Notes under the pieces: generated by a model | The model's database searches: none | The model's input: only the letters and a program-made list of their open reading frames with translations | What the model was told of the DNA's origin: nothing | Shown here: positions 44,069 to 55,479 of the stretch, in pieces | Layout of the letters: every line of letters begins with the position of its first letter | Position numbering within the stretch: position 1 is the first letter of the stretch | From: Tepidisphaeraceae bacterium | GTDB taxonomy: Bacteria; Planctomycetota; Phycisphaerae; Tepidisphaerales; Tepidisphaeraceae | Assembly (NCBI GenBank): GCA_035648595.1 | Contig: DASRLH010000059.1 | Location: forward strand, 1 to 59,718 | Length of the DNA stretch: 59,718 bases | Direction of reading: 5' to 3' | Translations under genes and position numbers: made by a program

Positions 44069-44944
44069 ATGGATCGAATGGACAATCCGCCGGCTCGCGC
44101 GATCGCACAGGCTCCGGCGCCGTTAACATCTCCGAATCGCCCGGCGGCAAAGCAGGGCTGGCTGCAGCTCTTCCCGCCGCGCGTCATCGAGTGGAACACG
44201 ATTCGTCTGCCGATCCGCGATTTGCCGCCGGAGATGGCGGGCTTGCGGTTTATTCATTTGAGTGATTTTCACTTTCGCCGGAGCTGGCCGGCGGGGTATG
44301 ACCGGTTGTTGGGTCTGATCCGCGAACGAATGCCCGACCTTGTGTTAATTACCGGCGATTTCGTGGACAACAAGCGCAATCACCGGCCCGCGATGCCGAT
44401 GGTGCGCCGGCTGGTCGAGGGCCTTTGCGCGCGGCTGGGCGTATTCGCCATCCACGGCAATCACGACTGTTACGCGGTGGGCCGGGAACTGCGCGATCTG
44501 CCGATCACGTTCCTCGATGGCAAACGCACGTTGGTTGACACTCCCGGCGGCCCGGTTGAATTGATCGGCCTGCCGGGCCTGCGCCGAGCGCAGACGTCCC
44601 CTCGGCTGCTGGCTTGTTTCCCGGCCCGCACGCCGGGCGTGCCGCGCATCGTGCTGTCGCACTTTCCTGATAATATCAAGCGCGCCGGCGGACTTGATGC
44701 GGATATTTTCCTTGCAGGCCATACCCACGGCGGGCAGATTTGCCTGCCCGGCCAGTTTCCTTTCCTCTGGCACGACAGCCTGCCGCGCCGTTTTGCAGGC
44801 GGAGTTCATCGTATCGGGAGCACCTGGCTGGTTGTGAGCAAGGGCCTTGGATACACCACTTTGCCGGCGCGGGTTTTCTGCCTGCCGGACGTGGGCGAGG
44901 TCGTTTTGGATGTGCAGGACAAAACTCACAACCAGCTTTCCTGA
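44069..44944 (+). CDS. Metallophosphoesterase
   Basis: The calcineurin-like motifs appear in order: HLSDFH, ITGDFVD, GNHD, GHTHGGQ. Confidence 0.75.
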   Translation: MDRMDNPPARAIAQAPAPLTSPNRPAAKQGWLQLFPPRVIEWNTIRLPIRDLPPEMAGLRFIHLSDFHFRRSWPAGYDRLLGLIRERMPDLVLITGDFVDNKRNHRPAMPMVRRLVEGLCARLGVFAIHGNHDCYAVGRELRDLPITFLDGKRTLVDTPGGPVELIGLPGLRRAQTSPRLLACFPARTPGVPRIVLSHFPDNIKRAGGLDADIFLAGHTHGGQICLPGQFPFLWHDSLPRRFAGGVHRIGSTWLVVSKGLGYTTLPARVFCLPDVGEVVLDVQDKTHNQLS

Positions 44945-45191
44945 ATTTTGTGTTGGTTTGCTGCGGCAGCTTCCCAGGCCGATCAAAGCCCCCAAATCTC
45001 CGTCTCACCAACACGAATATTGCCTCGTTTATCTGGATCCCCCATTGTGCGGGCAATCGCATGGATTTTTCGTCAAAAAATCATATTTATGGGCACTTTT
45101 ATGTTGCAGCCGCTCCATGCGCCCGCTTATATTCCGTGTGGGCATATTTCGCTTGACTGCGAATACATTTCAGTTCAGAGGAGTGAGGAAA

Positions 45192-46640
45192 ATGCGACGA
45201 CGTAAAAATGCGCGAGTGTTCTTGAGTGCGGTGGCGGTGCTGGCACTGAGCGGTTCCGCCTGGGCCGATGTCACTGGTTTCAGCACGTTCGCCCCGGTGA
45301 ATACAACCGCGGCCGGCGGTGGATCGTACAGTGCTGATTTCAGCTCTTTTACCCTGACCAATGGCACGGGGGGCGAAGGCAATAGCGGGTTCGATCCGGT
45401 TTTGCAGGATATCACCGGCTTCAACACCACCTTCACCTATACCGCGAACGTCGGCGCCGCTGCCGATGGGATTGCGTTCATCCTTCAAAACGATTCGCGC
45501 GGCACGGCAGCATTGGGCGGCGCCGGCGGATCGCTGGGATATGGCACCGCCAATCCGATTACTCCCAGTGCCGCCGTCGAACTCAACATCTACCAAACTC
45601 CTGGATCCAAGTTCACGATCAATGGCGAGACCGGCGGATATACCCCGATCGCCCCCATCGCGCCCAACACCGGCGATCCCATTAACTTCAACATCAGCTA
45701 CAATGGATCGAATGTAAACGTAATGGCCACCGACTCCGTCACGCATGGCACTTATACCCAGTCGTATAACAACGTCGCCCTTCCCAGTATCGTTGGCGGT
45801 GCCGGGCATGCATTGGTCGGCTTCTCGGGCGGCGACGGCGGCGCCACCTCGACCCAAACCATTTCCAACTTCGCGTTTCACTCGATCGCGCCTACTGCCA
45901 GTCCGCTTGCATTCAGCCCGATTCGCACGACCGGTTACAATCAGGACATCGTGGTTGAAAAGACCCTGCCGGGTAACGCCAAGGCCGCCGTCACGGGTAC
46001 CATGGACAACGGCATCGGCTCTAAGACCGGCGACACCTGGTACGAAAAGGGACTGAACACGGCCGCCCCAACCTCCGGCCTGCCCGGCGGAACGGTCGTC
46101 AGTCAGGATGACCCCACGCATACCTTCCAATTCCAGCCCTTCACGGGTGGGAACGCTCTATTGCTGGGTAGCGGTACCAACGCCACCAATACCACTGGCA
46201 CCCTCACGCTTTATACGCCCCAGGCGTTCGGCTTTCTGTCTGTCCTTGGCGCGACCGGCGGTGGAGGAAACGTCCTTCATCTGGTCGTTCATCACGCCGA
46301 TGGCGCGCCGGCCGAGACGACCGCGTCCGAAACGCTGCCCGACTGGTTTGGACCGGCGGCTATCCCAACCGCCGTCATCTCCAACGGACGCGTCAACCCC
46401 ACAAACTTCGATAGCAATGGTTCATTCGACGACGTGGGCTCCAACAATCCCCGCTTGTATGAGTTGGATTTCTCCCTGCAAAACAGCCTCGACCCCGTAA
46501 GCAGCGTTGACGTTGTTTACGACAGTGGCGGCGGCAGGAGCGCCATATTCGCCATCAGCGGCGCGGTCCCCGAACCGGCTTCGCTTGGCCTTTTGGGCCT
46601 GGGTGCTATCGGCTTGCTGGCGCGTCGCCGACGGGTCTGA
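45192..46640 (+). CDS. PEP-CTERM secreted protein with an L-type (legume-like) lectin domain
   Basis: ATG 45192 follows aggagtgagga. Signal peptide VFLSAVAVLALSGSAWA, the lectin-like AADGIAFILQNDSRG, and the C-terminal VPEPASLGLLGLGAIGLLARRRRV. Confidence 0.75.
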   Translation: MRRRKNARVFLSAVAVLALSGSAWADVTGFSTFAPVNTTAAGGGSYSADFSSFTLTNGTGGEGNSGFDPVLQDITGFNTTFTYTANVGAAADGIAFILQNDSRGTAALGGAGGSLGYGTANPITPSAAVELNIYQTPGSKFTINGETGGYTPIAPIAPNTGDPINFNISYNGSNVNVMATDSVTHGTYTQSYNNVALPSIVGGAGHALVGFSGGDGGATSTQTISNFAFHSIAPTASPLAFSPIRTTGYNQDIVVEKTLPGNAKAAVTGTMDNGIGSKTGDTWYEKGLNTAAPTSGLPGGTVVSQDDPTHTFQFQPFTGGNALLLGSGTNATNTTGTLTLYTPQAFGFLSVLGATGGGGNVLHLVVHHADGAPAETTASETLPDWFGPAAIPTAVISNGRVNPTNFDSNGSFDDVGSNNPRLYELDFSLQNSLDPVSSVDVVYDSGGGRSAIFAISGAVPEPASLGLLGLGAIGLLARRRRV

Positions 46641-46675
46641 ACAAGCTCCGGGTTTTCGTGATCGCTTGAAAATAA

Positions 46676-46708
46676 AAGCCCTCTGGTGATTTCGCCAGGG
46701 GGCTTTTT
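46676..46708 (+). terminator. Intrinsic terminator downstream of the lectin gene
   Basis: The stem agccctctgg / ccagggggct has an 8-nt loop and is followed by ttttcg. Confidence 0.6.
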
Positions 46709-46908
46709 CGTGCGCGCGAGCCCGCAACCCAAATAAACAGGGAAACCACGAATGGACATGAATGGCAGTTTTCGTAGGGTTCGCTTTAGCGAACTCTGAT
46801 TGGCGGGATAACACGGTAGAAACAAGCGCAAAGGCCGCAAAGACGCAAAGGCGCAAAGGCAGACGCGAAAACTTTTGCCGAGCCGCGCTTGCCTGCAATG
46901 GCGGATTC

Positions 46909-47519
46909 TTGAAGATTCTGATGAAGTCGCCGACGGCGGCGCTGGAGGCATCGCTGGTGAGCTTCGCCAGATCGCCGGCCTTTGCCGTCACGTCGGCAAA
47001 ATGGCCTTTGCCCTCGTTGCGAAAAAGCTTCACGCCATTGGCCTGCGGCGCCAGAAGGTGCGCCCGCTTGTCCCCGAAGAAATCCGCGAAGATCGGAGTG
47101 ACTTTGCCGGCGCGGAAGGAAATGCCGCTGCCTTTGGCCTCCACGAAGCCGTTGGGCGTATTGAGCAGCAGCAGGCCATTGCCGGCACAAAACAGAATGT
47201 CGGGACGGCCATCGCCGTTCACGTCCGCGATCAACAGACGATCGCCTTTGAGCGACCCGCCGCCGTTTTGCAGCAGCGAAACGCGATTGGCGCCAAAGAG
47301 CGGAAGATCGATTCTGCCGTCGCCGTCAAAATCGATCGGCGCCACGCCGATGGCGCCCGGATCGACGCGGGGAAGGGCGGCGATGTGCGTGAACCCCGCC
47401 ATTCCCGCGATCGGGCGAAACTCCTCCACGCCCCAGCCGGCGAAATCGCGCTTGGGATCGTATTCCACGATCTTGAGGCTGGCCTTGAGCCGCTGCAGGC
47501 GGGCGGTGCGAAGTTGCAA
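46909..47519 (-). pseudogene. FG-GAP/VCBS-repeat protein fragment
   Basis: DFDGDGRIDLPLF and ADVNGDGRPDILF repeats are present, but there is no signal peptide. The reading frame continues past ~46909 into repeat elements (46745-46870) and into the end of the convergent lectin gene, so it is probably truncated. Confidence 0.4.
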
Positions 47520-47733
47520 TGTCCCGGTCGCGCAAGTCCGCGGAGCCGCTCAATTCAGCGCCGATGTGCCCGGTTATCGGAGGTATTGGCAAAGTAATTC
47601 CGCAAACCCGCCTTGCATTTGTGACTTACGTTTTCTCGCGGCAAAAGTAGGTGCTTCAATGCGCCGATGTGTTTGGGGTCGCAAGGAGTTTAAGCGGGGT
47701 TGTAGGGAACAGGGACGTTTTTTGAGGAATGTC

Positions 47734-48225
47734 ATGAACAATGTACGAAAAGCGGTTCGCAAGGGATTCAGCCTGATCGAATTGGTGATCGTTGTGGTGA
47801 TCATCGGGATTATCGCGGCCATCGCGATCCCGAAGATGAGTCGGGGCGCTGCCGGCGCCGGCGACAGCGCGCTCAAGGGCGATCTGGCGGTGATGCGCCA
47901 GGCGCTGGAGCAATATGCCGCCGAGCATGGAGGCGCCTATCCGACGGTCGCGAACATGCCCGCGGCCCTGACCGGATACACCAACAGCAGCGGCACAACC
48001 GGAGCCCAGGGAACGGCGGGGTTCATCTATGGCCCGTATCTCAAAGCCGTTCCGCCCCTGCCCGTTGGCGCGGCCACGGAAAAAGGCCTCAGTACCATGA
48101 GCGCCACGGTGGCGAGCGGCAACGCCTGGATCTTCACCGAAGACTCCACCAGCACGTATGTGATCGATGTACATGCCAACGCCACCACCACGGATGTGAA
48201 TGGCACGGTCTACAACACATATTGA
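47734..48225 (+). CDS. Type II secretion/type IV pilin-like pseudopilin (prepilin N-terminal methylation motif)
   Basis: ATG 47734 follows gaggaa. The KGFSLIELVIVVVIIGIIAAIAIP signature is present. The protein is 163 aa. Confidence 0.8.
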   Translation: MNNVRKAVRKGFSLIELVIVVVIIGIIAAIAIPKMSRGAAGAGDSALKGDLAVMRQALEQYAAEHGGAYPTVANMPAALTGYTNSSGTTGAQGTAGFIYGPYLKAVPPLPVGAATEKGLSTMSATVASGNAWIFTEDSTSTYVIDVHANATTTDVNGTVYNTY

Positions 48226-48237
48226 ACCGCCCTCGTT

Positions 48238-48450
48238 GGGTTCGGCTTGAGCGAACGGCGTCGCGGAGCCGCGGTTTCCGAGCCGCGTTCGCTGAAGCGA
48301 ACCCTACACATGCAATTCAAACTCCCCCGCCGGGGCAATCCCCGGCGGGGGAGTTTTCGTGTAATTGCGGCTGGCGGTCATGTTTGCTCAATCTGACCGC
48401 CAGCCTCGTAGGGTTCGCTTCAGCGAACGCGGTGGCTGACCGCCAGTTGG
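48238..48450. repeat. Cluster of gtagggttcgcttcagcgaac-family palindromes and other hairpins
   Basis: Copies lie at 48238-48256, 48287-48307 and 48408-48428, with a further one at 46774-46794. A second palindrome, ggctggcggtca...tgaccgccagcc, lies at about 48370-48406. Confidence 0.75.
48322..48358 (+). terminator. Strong intrinsic terminator after the pseudopilin gene
   Basis: ctcccccgccgggg caat ccccggcgggggag forms a 14-bp GC stem and is followed by ttttcg. Confidence 0.7.
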
Positions 48451-48477
48451 ATCTCAGGGGTGTGGCCGCACCCGATC

Positions 48478-49407
48478 TCAGTCATATATTCCCGGCGTCT
48501 CGTTTTTAGGCCGCGTCTTCCATCGGCGGTGGGCCCAGAGATACTGCCGGGGGTCGGCACGCACTGCATCCTCTATCCCGCGCGTATATCGCTGCGTGAT
48601 GTAACGGAGCGGATCATCCTGTCGCTCCCAGTCGCGCGGATAAATGACATCCTGTACGCCGATGCTGAAATGGAATGGCTCATCGGTCCGCCGGGCGTAG
48701 CCAACCACCACCGGCACCTCATATTGCATGGCAAGCAAGGCGATCGATTTGTAAGTGCTGGCTTTTCGCCCGAAGAAATCGACGAAAACGCCCTTGGGTC
48801 CCGCGTTCTGGTCTGCGATAAACCCGACGACGCCGCCGCGATTCAGCACATCGGTCACTTCGCTGGTCGCGCCCTTCTTGCCGACGATCTTCTGCCCCTG
48901 GCGTTCGCGCACGCCCATCATCCATTCGTTGAGATACGGATTGTCGAGCGGCCGCGCGACGCTGGTGGTTTCAAAGCCCAGCGTCGCCAGCACATACCCC
49001 AGGATTTCCCAGTTTCCGTAATGGCCCGTGAGCATGATCAGCCCGCGCTCGCGGCGCAGCAGCAAATCGAGCACATCGTGGAAGTTTTCCAGCTCGCAAT
49101 AATGGGCCCAGGTGTCCAGGCGGATGAGGCGCGTGGTGAACACGGTTTCGAACACCAGCATGACCAGTTGCTCGACGCTTTCCCGGGCCAATCGCCGGCG
49201 TTGGGGCTCTGGCATCTCCGGAAAGCTGTGCCCGAGGTTGGCCAGTGCGCGCTCGCGGGTGCCGCGCCGGATGTGATACCCGATCGTGCCCAGAAGCCGC
49301 GCGGTTTGCAGATTCATCTCGATCGGGAAGCAATGCAGCGCCGCCGCCGCCAAGCGGACGGCCAGGTAGGTGAGTCGGTCGAGCAGATCATTTCGCGGCT
49401 TGGCCAT
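48478..49407 (-). CDS. Lysophospholipid/lipid A acyltransferase (LpxL/HtrB family)
   Basis: 309 aa. The LTGHYGNWE (HxxxxD/E-type) active-site region and overall length match the lauroyl/myristoyl acyltransferase family. Confidence 0.75.
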   Translation of the reverse strand: MAKPRNDLLDRLTYLAVRLAAAALHCFPIEMNLQTARLLGTIGYHIRRGTRERALANLGHSFPEMPEPQRRRLARESVEQLVMLVFETVFTTRLIRLDTWAHYCELENFHDVLDLLLRRERGLIMLTGHYGNWEILGYVLATLGFETTSVARPLDNPYLNEWMMGVRERQGQKIVGKKGATSEVTDVLNRGGVVGFIADQNAGPKGVFVDFFGRKASTYKSIALLAMQYEVPVVVGYARRTDEPFHFSIGVQDVIYPRDWERQDDPLRYITQRYTRGIEDAVRADPRQYLWAHRRWKTRPKNETPGIYD

Positions 49408-49539
49408 TGGGGCGGCAATGATAGCGGGAGGCGCCGCCGCTATAAACGCCGGCAGTTGTTATAGCCCGCCGGAAGCTAACGTCTGGAATCCGGAAACGTC
49501 TAACAGGGCGTGCTCATGATGGCGGTTGGGACGGGTGAA

Positions 49540-49770
49540 GGGTGTGCCCAATTTTCCGGGAGGGGCATTGGCGGAAGGTGGGGCAGGCATTCTTGTCTGC
49601 CTCGAATCGGTGAGTGGAGGACATTCTTGTCCTCCCGAACCGATTCGAATCCGCTCGGCGGGGCAGGAATGCCCCGCACTCGCGGATTCGGGCAGACACG
49701 AATGTCTGCCCCACCAAACCCTGTGGATGTCAACGGTTACGCATGCCCGGAAATTCGGGCACGCCCCGGG
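49540..49770. repeat. Composite cluster of nested palindromes (ggggcagacattc...gtctgcccc family plus an outer gtgcccaattttccggg / cccggaaattcgggcac pair)
   Basis: Hairpins lie at about 49580-49603, 49617-49636, 49660-49677 and 49690-49711, with flanking inverted arms at 49543-49564 and 49745-49767. Confidence 0.75.
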
Positions 49771-49951
49771 TGAATTGCAAGGAGATTAGCCGTGGAAACG
49801 CGAGTGTCGGGAATTATGATTGGGCTGATCGCGCTTGTTGGGTATGCGATTGTCGTGGGGATTATTTATGGGCTGCGGTAGGGGATCGCGGCGGGGTGCT
49901 GGATTCCTGCTATATTGGGACACACGCTCCAAAGCGAATCGAAAGGAATGC

Positions 49952-51244
49952 GTGCGAAAACATGATGGGTGCGCGTCGAAGACCGCCTTGCGATTGACGG
50001 CGTGTTTTCTGGTCCTGGGAGTTGGGGCATTCCCACCTCTCGTGTCTGGCAGCGCAAAGACCCAGGCGGTTCCCGCAACTCACGCCGCTCCCATTTCGAG
50101 CGCCACCACTCAGCCGACGCCGCCTGGCGCCATACCCGATCTGAAGGCCCAAGCGGACGCACGGCACCGTAAAGTTGACGCACAATGGCTTGGATCACAG
50201 CGCGCCCATCGCAATGACTTCAATAAGCAAATCGCCAACATGCCCATACGCGAAACCTTCGCGCCCGAACAATTGATCCGACTATCGCTGAAGGATCGCC
50301 GCATGGAGATACAATTGGCGGTCGTCCCTTCGGCTGTCGCGATCAACAGTACTCCTCACAATGAAGAGCGAGTGGCGATTGTTGGAAGCCGGTCGTCGTG
50401 GACCGTGCGGCAGACCAAGCTCCTTGCCGCGCGGCGCGGCGGCGCTCCCGTTCGTTATACGATGCTCAATCGATACGATTTTGATGCCAAAGATGATGAA
50501 ATCGCGGATGCAGTCCTGATGGACGATGGCACTTCCTTCAGCATCGAAGGCGACAGCCTTTACAGCAAGAGCGCATTTCAACAAAATCAGCGAGGCGTCC
50601 GGGCGATTTTCCGGGAAGAGAGCCCGCGCAAGCCGCGCGAGGTGATCTTCACGGCCCAAGCGGGATCGCTGGCCGAGCTTCGCGCGCAACACCCCACGGA
50701 GTTCCGCGCTTATGTGATGCCGCTGCTGGCTAAGTTTTCCGATGAATCTCTTTTGCTACCTGGGGCGGCGGATGTTTACACGGCATTTAGCGACATTCCC
50801 GCCAGCGCGAACGCGGTCGATGCCCTTCGGCAACTTCTGCCCGACCTTGACGCCGATGATCCCACTCAACGCGACTCGGCGAGCGTTCGACTCGCGCAAT
50901 TGGGCGCGCCCGGCGTCCTGGCAGCACTGCGCCTTGATGAAAGCGGCTTATCTGATGAGCAGAAGGTTCGTGTGCGCGTGTTTGTCGCGGCATACCGGCA
51001 TGAGCGGTCGATGCAGCCGGCCGGCGCGCTGGAGGCCCCGGGCTTTTTGATCGATTGTTTGGAATACCCCGACCCCGCGGTTCGCGCGGCGGCCAAAGCG
51101 CGCCTGCAACAACAAATCGGTCGCCCAATTGCGTTCGACCCCAGCCAAGTCGGAGAAATCGCCGCAAAGGCCACGGACGCCCTGCGTATTCAGTTGCTCG
51201 TTCCCGCCGTCTCGCCCTCCACTCACCCCGCGCCGGGATCGTAG
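49952..51244 (+). CDS. Hypothetical exported protein with C-terminal HEAT-like repeats
   Basis: GTG 49952 follows aaaggaa. The signal-like segment is ALRLTACFLVLGVGAFPPLVSGSA. DDPTQRDSASVRLAQLG and DPAVRAAAKARL motifs lie near the C-terminus. Confidence 0.5.
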   Translation: MRKHDGCASKTALRLTACFLVLGVGAFPPLVSGSAKTQAVPATHAAPISSATTQPTPPGAIPDLKAQADARHRKVDAQWLGSQRAHRNDFNKQIANMPIRETFAPEQLIRLSLKDRRMEIQLAVVPSAVAINSTPHNEERVAIVGSRSSWTVRQTKLLAARRGGAPVRYTMLNRYDFDAKDDEIADAVLMDDGTSFSIEGDSLYSKSAFQQNQRGVRAIFREESPRKPREVIFTAQAGSLAELRAQHPTEFRAYVMPLLAKFSDESLLLPGAADVYTAFSDIPASANAVDALRQLLPDLDADDPTQRDSASVRLAQLGAPGVLAALRLDESGLSDEQKVRVRVFVAAYRHERSMQPAGALEAPGFLIDCLEYPDPAVRAAAKARLQQQIGRPIAFDPSQVGEIAAKATDALRIQLLVPAVSPSTHPAPGS

Positions 51245-51265
51245 TGGCCCGGCGGGAACAGACCA

Positions 51266-51898
51266 TTATCTTGCGGCGGGCCGCATCGCCCGCAACATTG
51301 CCCATTGAAAAAACGCCAGGTATCCCCCAAATGCTATCGCAAGGCCCGATACAATCGGCAGCGAGCCCGCCGCGACGTACTTGGCCGCGACAAAGAAATT
51401 GAACGCAACTGTCAATAGAGTAATGCCAAGAGTAAACCAGAGAATCGAACGCCAGCCCGGTAACCGCCTTGCGGCGAGCGCGCGGCCAACGCCGTCTACG
51501 ATCATCGTCAAGCCAAACAAGAACAGACATATGTCGGTATACATCGTGCCGCCCTGAAGGCCGGACATGTCGGTCAGATCCGGGTACCTGACCTCCTGGC
51601 CCTCCTTATCGCCGCGCGTCCAGTTTACGTTGGTGTGATAGGTGCCATGGGTAATTCTGGCGAACTCATATCGCACGATGTCGCGCCCGAAGAAAATCAA
51701 GAGCAGGCCGACGATCGTCATAAACCAGATTTCGGCGCCGATGTTGATCGTCTCGGGTATAGGCACGCGGTAATCCAGAGAGGCGTTCGTGCGATCCATG
51801 GCAGCGGGCGCCGGTGAGGCCGTATTTTCGCCCGAGGGGGGCGAGGCGGGCGGAGGCGTATTGGAATTCGACAATCGCGGCAGTTTCGACAGGTCCAT
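51266..51898 (-). CDS. Hypothetical membrane protein (210 aa)
   Basis: The start was moved to ATG 51898 because the upstream part of the track ORF is antisense to pheS. Four predicted TM helices. Confidence 0.5.
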   Translation of the reverse strand: MDLSKLPRLSNSNTPPPASPPSGENTASPAPAAMDRTNASLDYRVPIPETINIGAEIWFMTIVGLLLIFFGRDIVRYEFARITHGTYHTNVNWTRGDKEGQEVRYPDLTDMSGLQGGTMYTDICLFLFGLTMIVDGVGRALAARRLPGWRSILWFTLGITLLTVAFNFFVAAKYVAAGSLPIVSGLAIAFGGYLAFFQWAMLRAMRPAAR

Positions 51899-52004
51899 GT
51901 GTTGTGCCTCCAGGTTGGCGACAATGAGCGATATCGAAGCCCAGCAATTCGCGCCCCTGCCGCATGGGCTTGACCCGCTCTTCGCAGCCGACAGAATACT
52001 ACCC

Positions 52005-53096
<1,092 letters not shown>

Positions 53097-53117
53097 GGCA
53101 TTGCACGGTCGAACGGA

Positions 53118-53270
53118 AGATTCACCACGGAGGCACCGGGGCACGGAGGCGCTTTCGCCCCCAGATCCCACTTCCAGAACGCGATTTATTGCGCAGATAA
53201 AACTCTAACAAATCGAAGTTGGAGTCCGGTATTGATCCGCCGAAAGCGCCTCCGCGTCTCCGTGGTGATC
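53118..53270. repeat. Inverted low-complexity repeat pair between the convergent pheS and small membrane genes
   Basis: Arm 53118-53151 is gattcaccacggaggcaccggggcacggaggcgc. Arm 53246-53270 is gcgcctccgcgtctccgtggtgatc. Confidence 0.85.
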
Positions 53271-53287
53271 TTCTTCTTCGATTTCGC

Positions 53288-53539
53288 CTATCGCCCTGGT
53301 CTTTCGCGCTCGCCGGGTTTGATGGTCGGCGTCGTGGTTCTGCCGGAGACTCTGCCCAGCCAGGCCAGCAGGAGCATCAGAAATCCGAAGGCCAGGATCA
53401 CCAGGCCCCACCAGAGATTGATGTTGATACCCAGCGATTTCTCGTAAACACGGTGATCGGAGACCGCCCCGTACACCGCCAGCACCGCGCCCAGCAGCAC
53501 AAACATGATGCCCATCGGCAATCGCACATCCAGATCCAT
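53288..53539 (-). CDS. Small two-TM membrane protein downstream of the symporter
   Basis: 83 aa with two hydrophobic helices, 31 nt downstream of the SSS gene, so it may be an accessory subunit. No family recognised with certainty. Confidence 0.5.
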   Translation of the reverse strand: MDLDVRLPMGIMFVLLGAVLAVYGAVSDHRVYEKSLGININLWWGLVILAFGFLMLLLAWLGRVSGRTTTPTIKPGERERPGR

Positions 53540-53570
53540 GATGATCCTTCTTTCTTAGCCAACGCGTTAT

Positions 53571-55337
53571 TTACCAGAACCAGGCCATCAACGCGAACAT
53601 GACCACCAGGATGGCCACGCCCAGCACGCCGGGCCGGGCGTACCAGTTGGGGCTTTCATCGACGACCTTGGGCGTGAGCGAATAGACCAGGCCGCGCAGT
53701 TCCTCGTCGGATTTGGTGCGCCGGGTGAGCAGCGAGATGATGACGGTCAAGGCAAAGCAGCAACCGAACGCCCAAACGGCGGTCATGAAGGCCTGCTGCA
53801 TGTCCGTCGCATAAATATGCGCGTGGCCCGCCCTCACCAGCCAACCGCCCTTGGCGCCCGCCGCGGTATACTTCGGCAACGTGCAACCATGATGAATGGT
53901 CGCGGCCACCGTTCCGCCCAGTAGTCCCCAGAACGCGCCATGTCCCGTGCCGCGCTTCCAGAACATGCCCAGCAGGAACGTCGCGAAGAGGGGGGCGTTC
54001 ACGAATCCAAAGACCAATTGCAGCAGGTCCATGATATTGTTGAATTTTGAGGCGAAATAGGCGGCCAATATGCTCAGCCCGATTCCAAAGACGGTCGCGA
54101 ATTGCCCCATCCGCAGATAATGGCGATCGGATTGCCGGGGGTTGATGTAGCTTTGGTAGATGTCGTAGGTCCAGACCGTATTGAAGGCGGTCACATTTCC
54201 CGCCATGCCGGACATGAACGAGGCCATGAGCGCGGTGAGGCCAAGACCGAGCATTCCCTGCGGGAAATAGTGGCCCAGAAGGGCGGGGGTGGCCATGTTG
54301 AAATTCGGCTTGCCGTCGTTACCGGCGGGTATCTCAAACCCGTGACTCCAGCTCGCGCCATGTTGCGTGGCGTACATCAGGGCGATCGCGATCATGCCCG
54401 GCACGATCACGATAAACGGGAAGAACATTTTCGGCACCGCCGCGATCAAAGGCGTTCGGCGTGCCGCCCCCATCGACTTGGCGGCCAGAGCCCGCTGAAT
54501 GACCAGGAAGTCGGTGCACCAATATCCGCAAGAAAGAACGAACGCCAAACCCGCCAGCAGGCTAAACCAATCCACGCCCATCGGGTTTGCGCTGGTGGAG
54601 CTCAAATGTTGTCCCACGGAGGTCCATGTTCCCGGCGCAAGCGCCGTGGGCTGGTGGCTGGCGGCGACGCCGTTGAGCTTTGCAACCAGCCCGCTCCAGC
54701 CGCCCACGTTTTTCATTCCGATCAGCGCCAGCGGCAGAAAGCCCAGGACGATCAGGAAAAATTGAAGAACCTCGTTGTAGATCGCCGCCGTCAGACCGCC
54801 CAGGCATGTGTAGCACAATACGATCAGCGCGGAGACCACGAGGCTCGCATGAAAGTTCCAGCCCAAGAGGATTTCCAAAAGGGCCGCCAGCGCATACATC
54901 GAAGCGCCCGACGAAAAAATCGTCATGACCGCGAATGAGCAGGCATTGAGAGCCCGCGTTTTCTCGTCGAATCGCAGCTTGAGAAACTCCGGCACCGAGC
55001 GCGTGCGCGAGCCGTAGTAGAACGGGATCATGAACACGCCGACGAACACCATCGCCGGGATGGCCCCCAGCCAATAGAAATGGGCGGTCATCAATCCGTA
55101 CTTGGCCCCGCTGGCGCCCATGCCGATGAGTTCCTGCGCCCCGAGGTTGGCGGAAATAAACGCCAGCCCGCAAATCCACGCCGGCACCGAGCGGGCCGAG
55201 AGCAGGAAATCGTCGCCAGTTTTAACGAAACGTTTGAGAACAAACCCGATCCCCAATACGAAGAGGAAGTAAATGATGAGGATGACGTAATCGACATGCC
55301 CCAAATGCAGGGGCTCGGCTGCGAGCAAATGAAGCAT
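53571..55337 (-). CDS. Sodium:solute symporter (SSS/SGLT family)
   Basis: 588 aa with about 13-14 TM helices. N-terminal pattern ...DFLLSARSVPAW..G.A..SANLGA.E..G..G; the overall layout is typical of the SSS family. Confidence 0.8.
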   Translation of the reverse strand: MLHLLAAEPLHLGHVDYVILIIYFLFVLGIGFVLKRFVKTGDDFLLSARSVPAWICGLAFISANLGAQELIGMGASGAKYGLMTAHFYWLGAIPAMVFVGVFMIPFYYGSRTRSVPEFLKLRFDEKTRALNACSFAVMTIFSSGASMYALAALLEILLGWNFHASLVVSALIVLCYTCLGGLTAAIYNEVLQFFLIVLGFLPLALIGMKNVGGWSGLVAKLNGVAASHQPTALAPGTWTSVGQHLSSTSANPMGVDWFSLLAGLAFVLSCGYWCTDFLVIQRALAAKSMGAARRTPLIAAVPKMFFPFIVIVPGMIAIALMYATQHGASWSHGFEIPAGNDGKPNFNMATPALLGHYFPQGMLGLGLTALMASFMSGMAGNVTAFNTVWTYDIYQSYINPRQSDRHYLRMGQFATVFGIGLSILAAYFASKFNNIMDLLQLVFGFVNAPLFATFLLGMFWKRGTGHGAFWGLLGGTVAATIHHGCTLPKYTAAGAKGGWLVRAGHAHIYATDMQQAFMTAVWAFGCCFALTVIISLLTRRTKSDEELRGLVYSLTPKVVDESPNWYARPGVLGVAILVVMFALMAWFW

Positions 55338-55479
55338 CGTTTACCCGTGTCTGGAAATCGATACAGACGGTGTGCGCATGCGGCAGACCACCCGCCGCAC
55401 GCATTGCCGCCGGGGGGAAGATAAAGATTGCCGCGCCCAAGGCAAGCAGGAAGTGTCGCCGCGACAGGGGCGCGCCCGA

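Noticed and set aside
46422-46908. C-terminal 160 aa of the 365-aa minus-strand ORF.
   Set aside because: This part is encoded by recognisable intergenic repeat units and overlaps the 3' end of the convergent lectin gene. It was treated as read-through beyond a truncated FG-GAP fragment.
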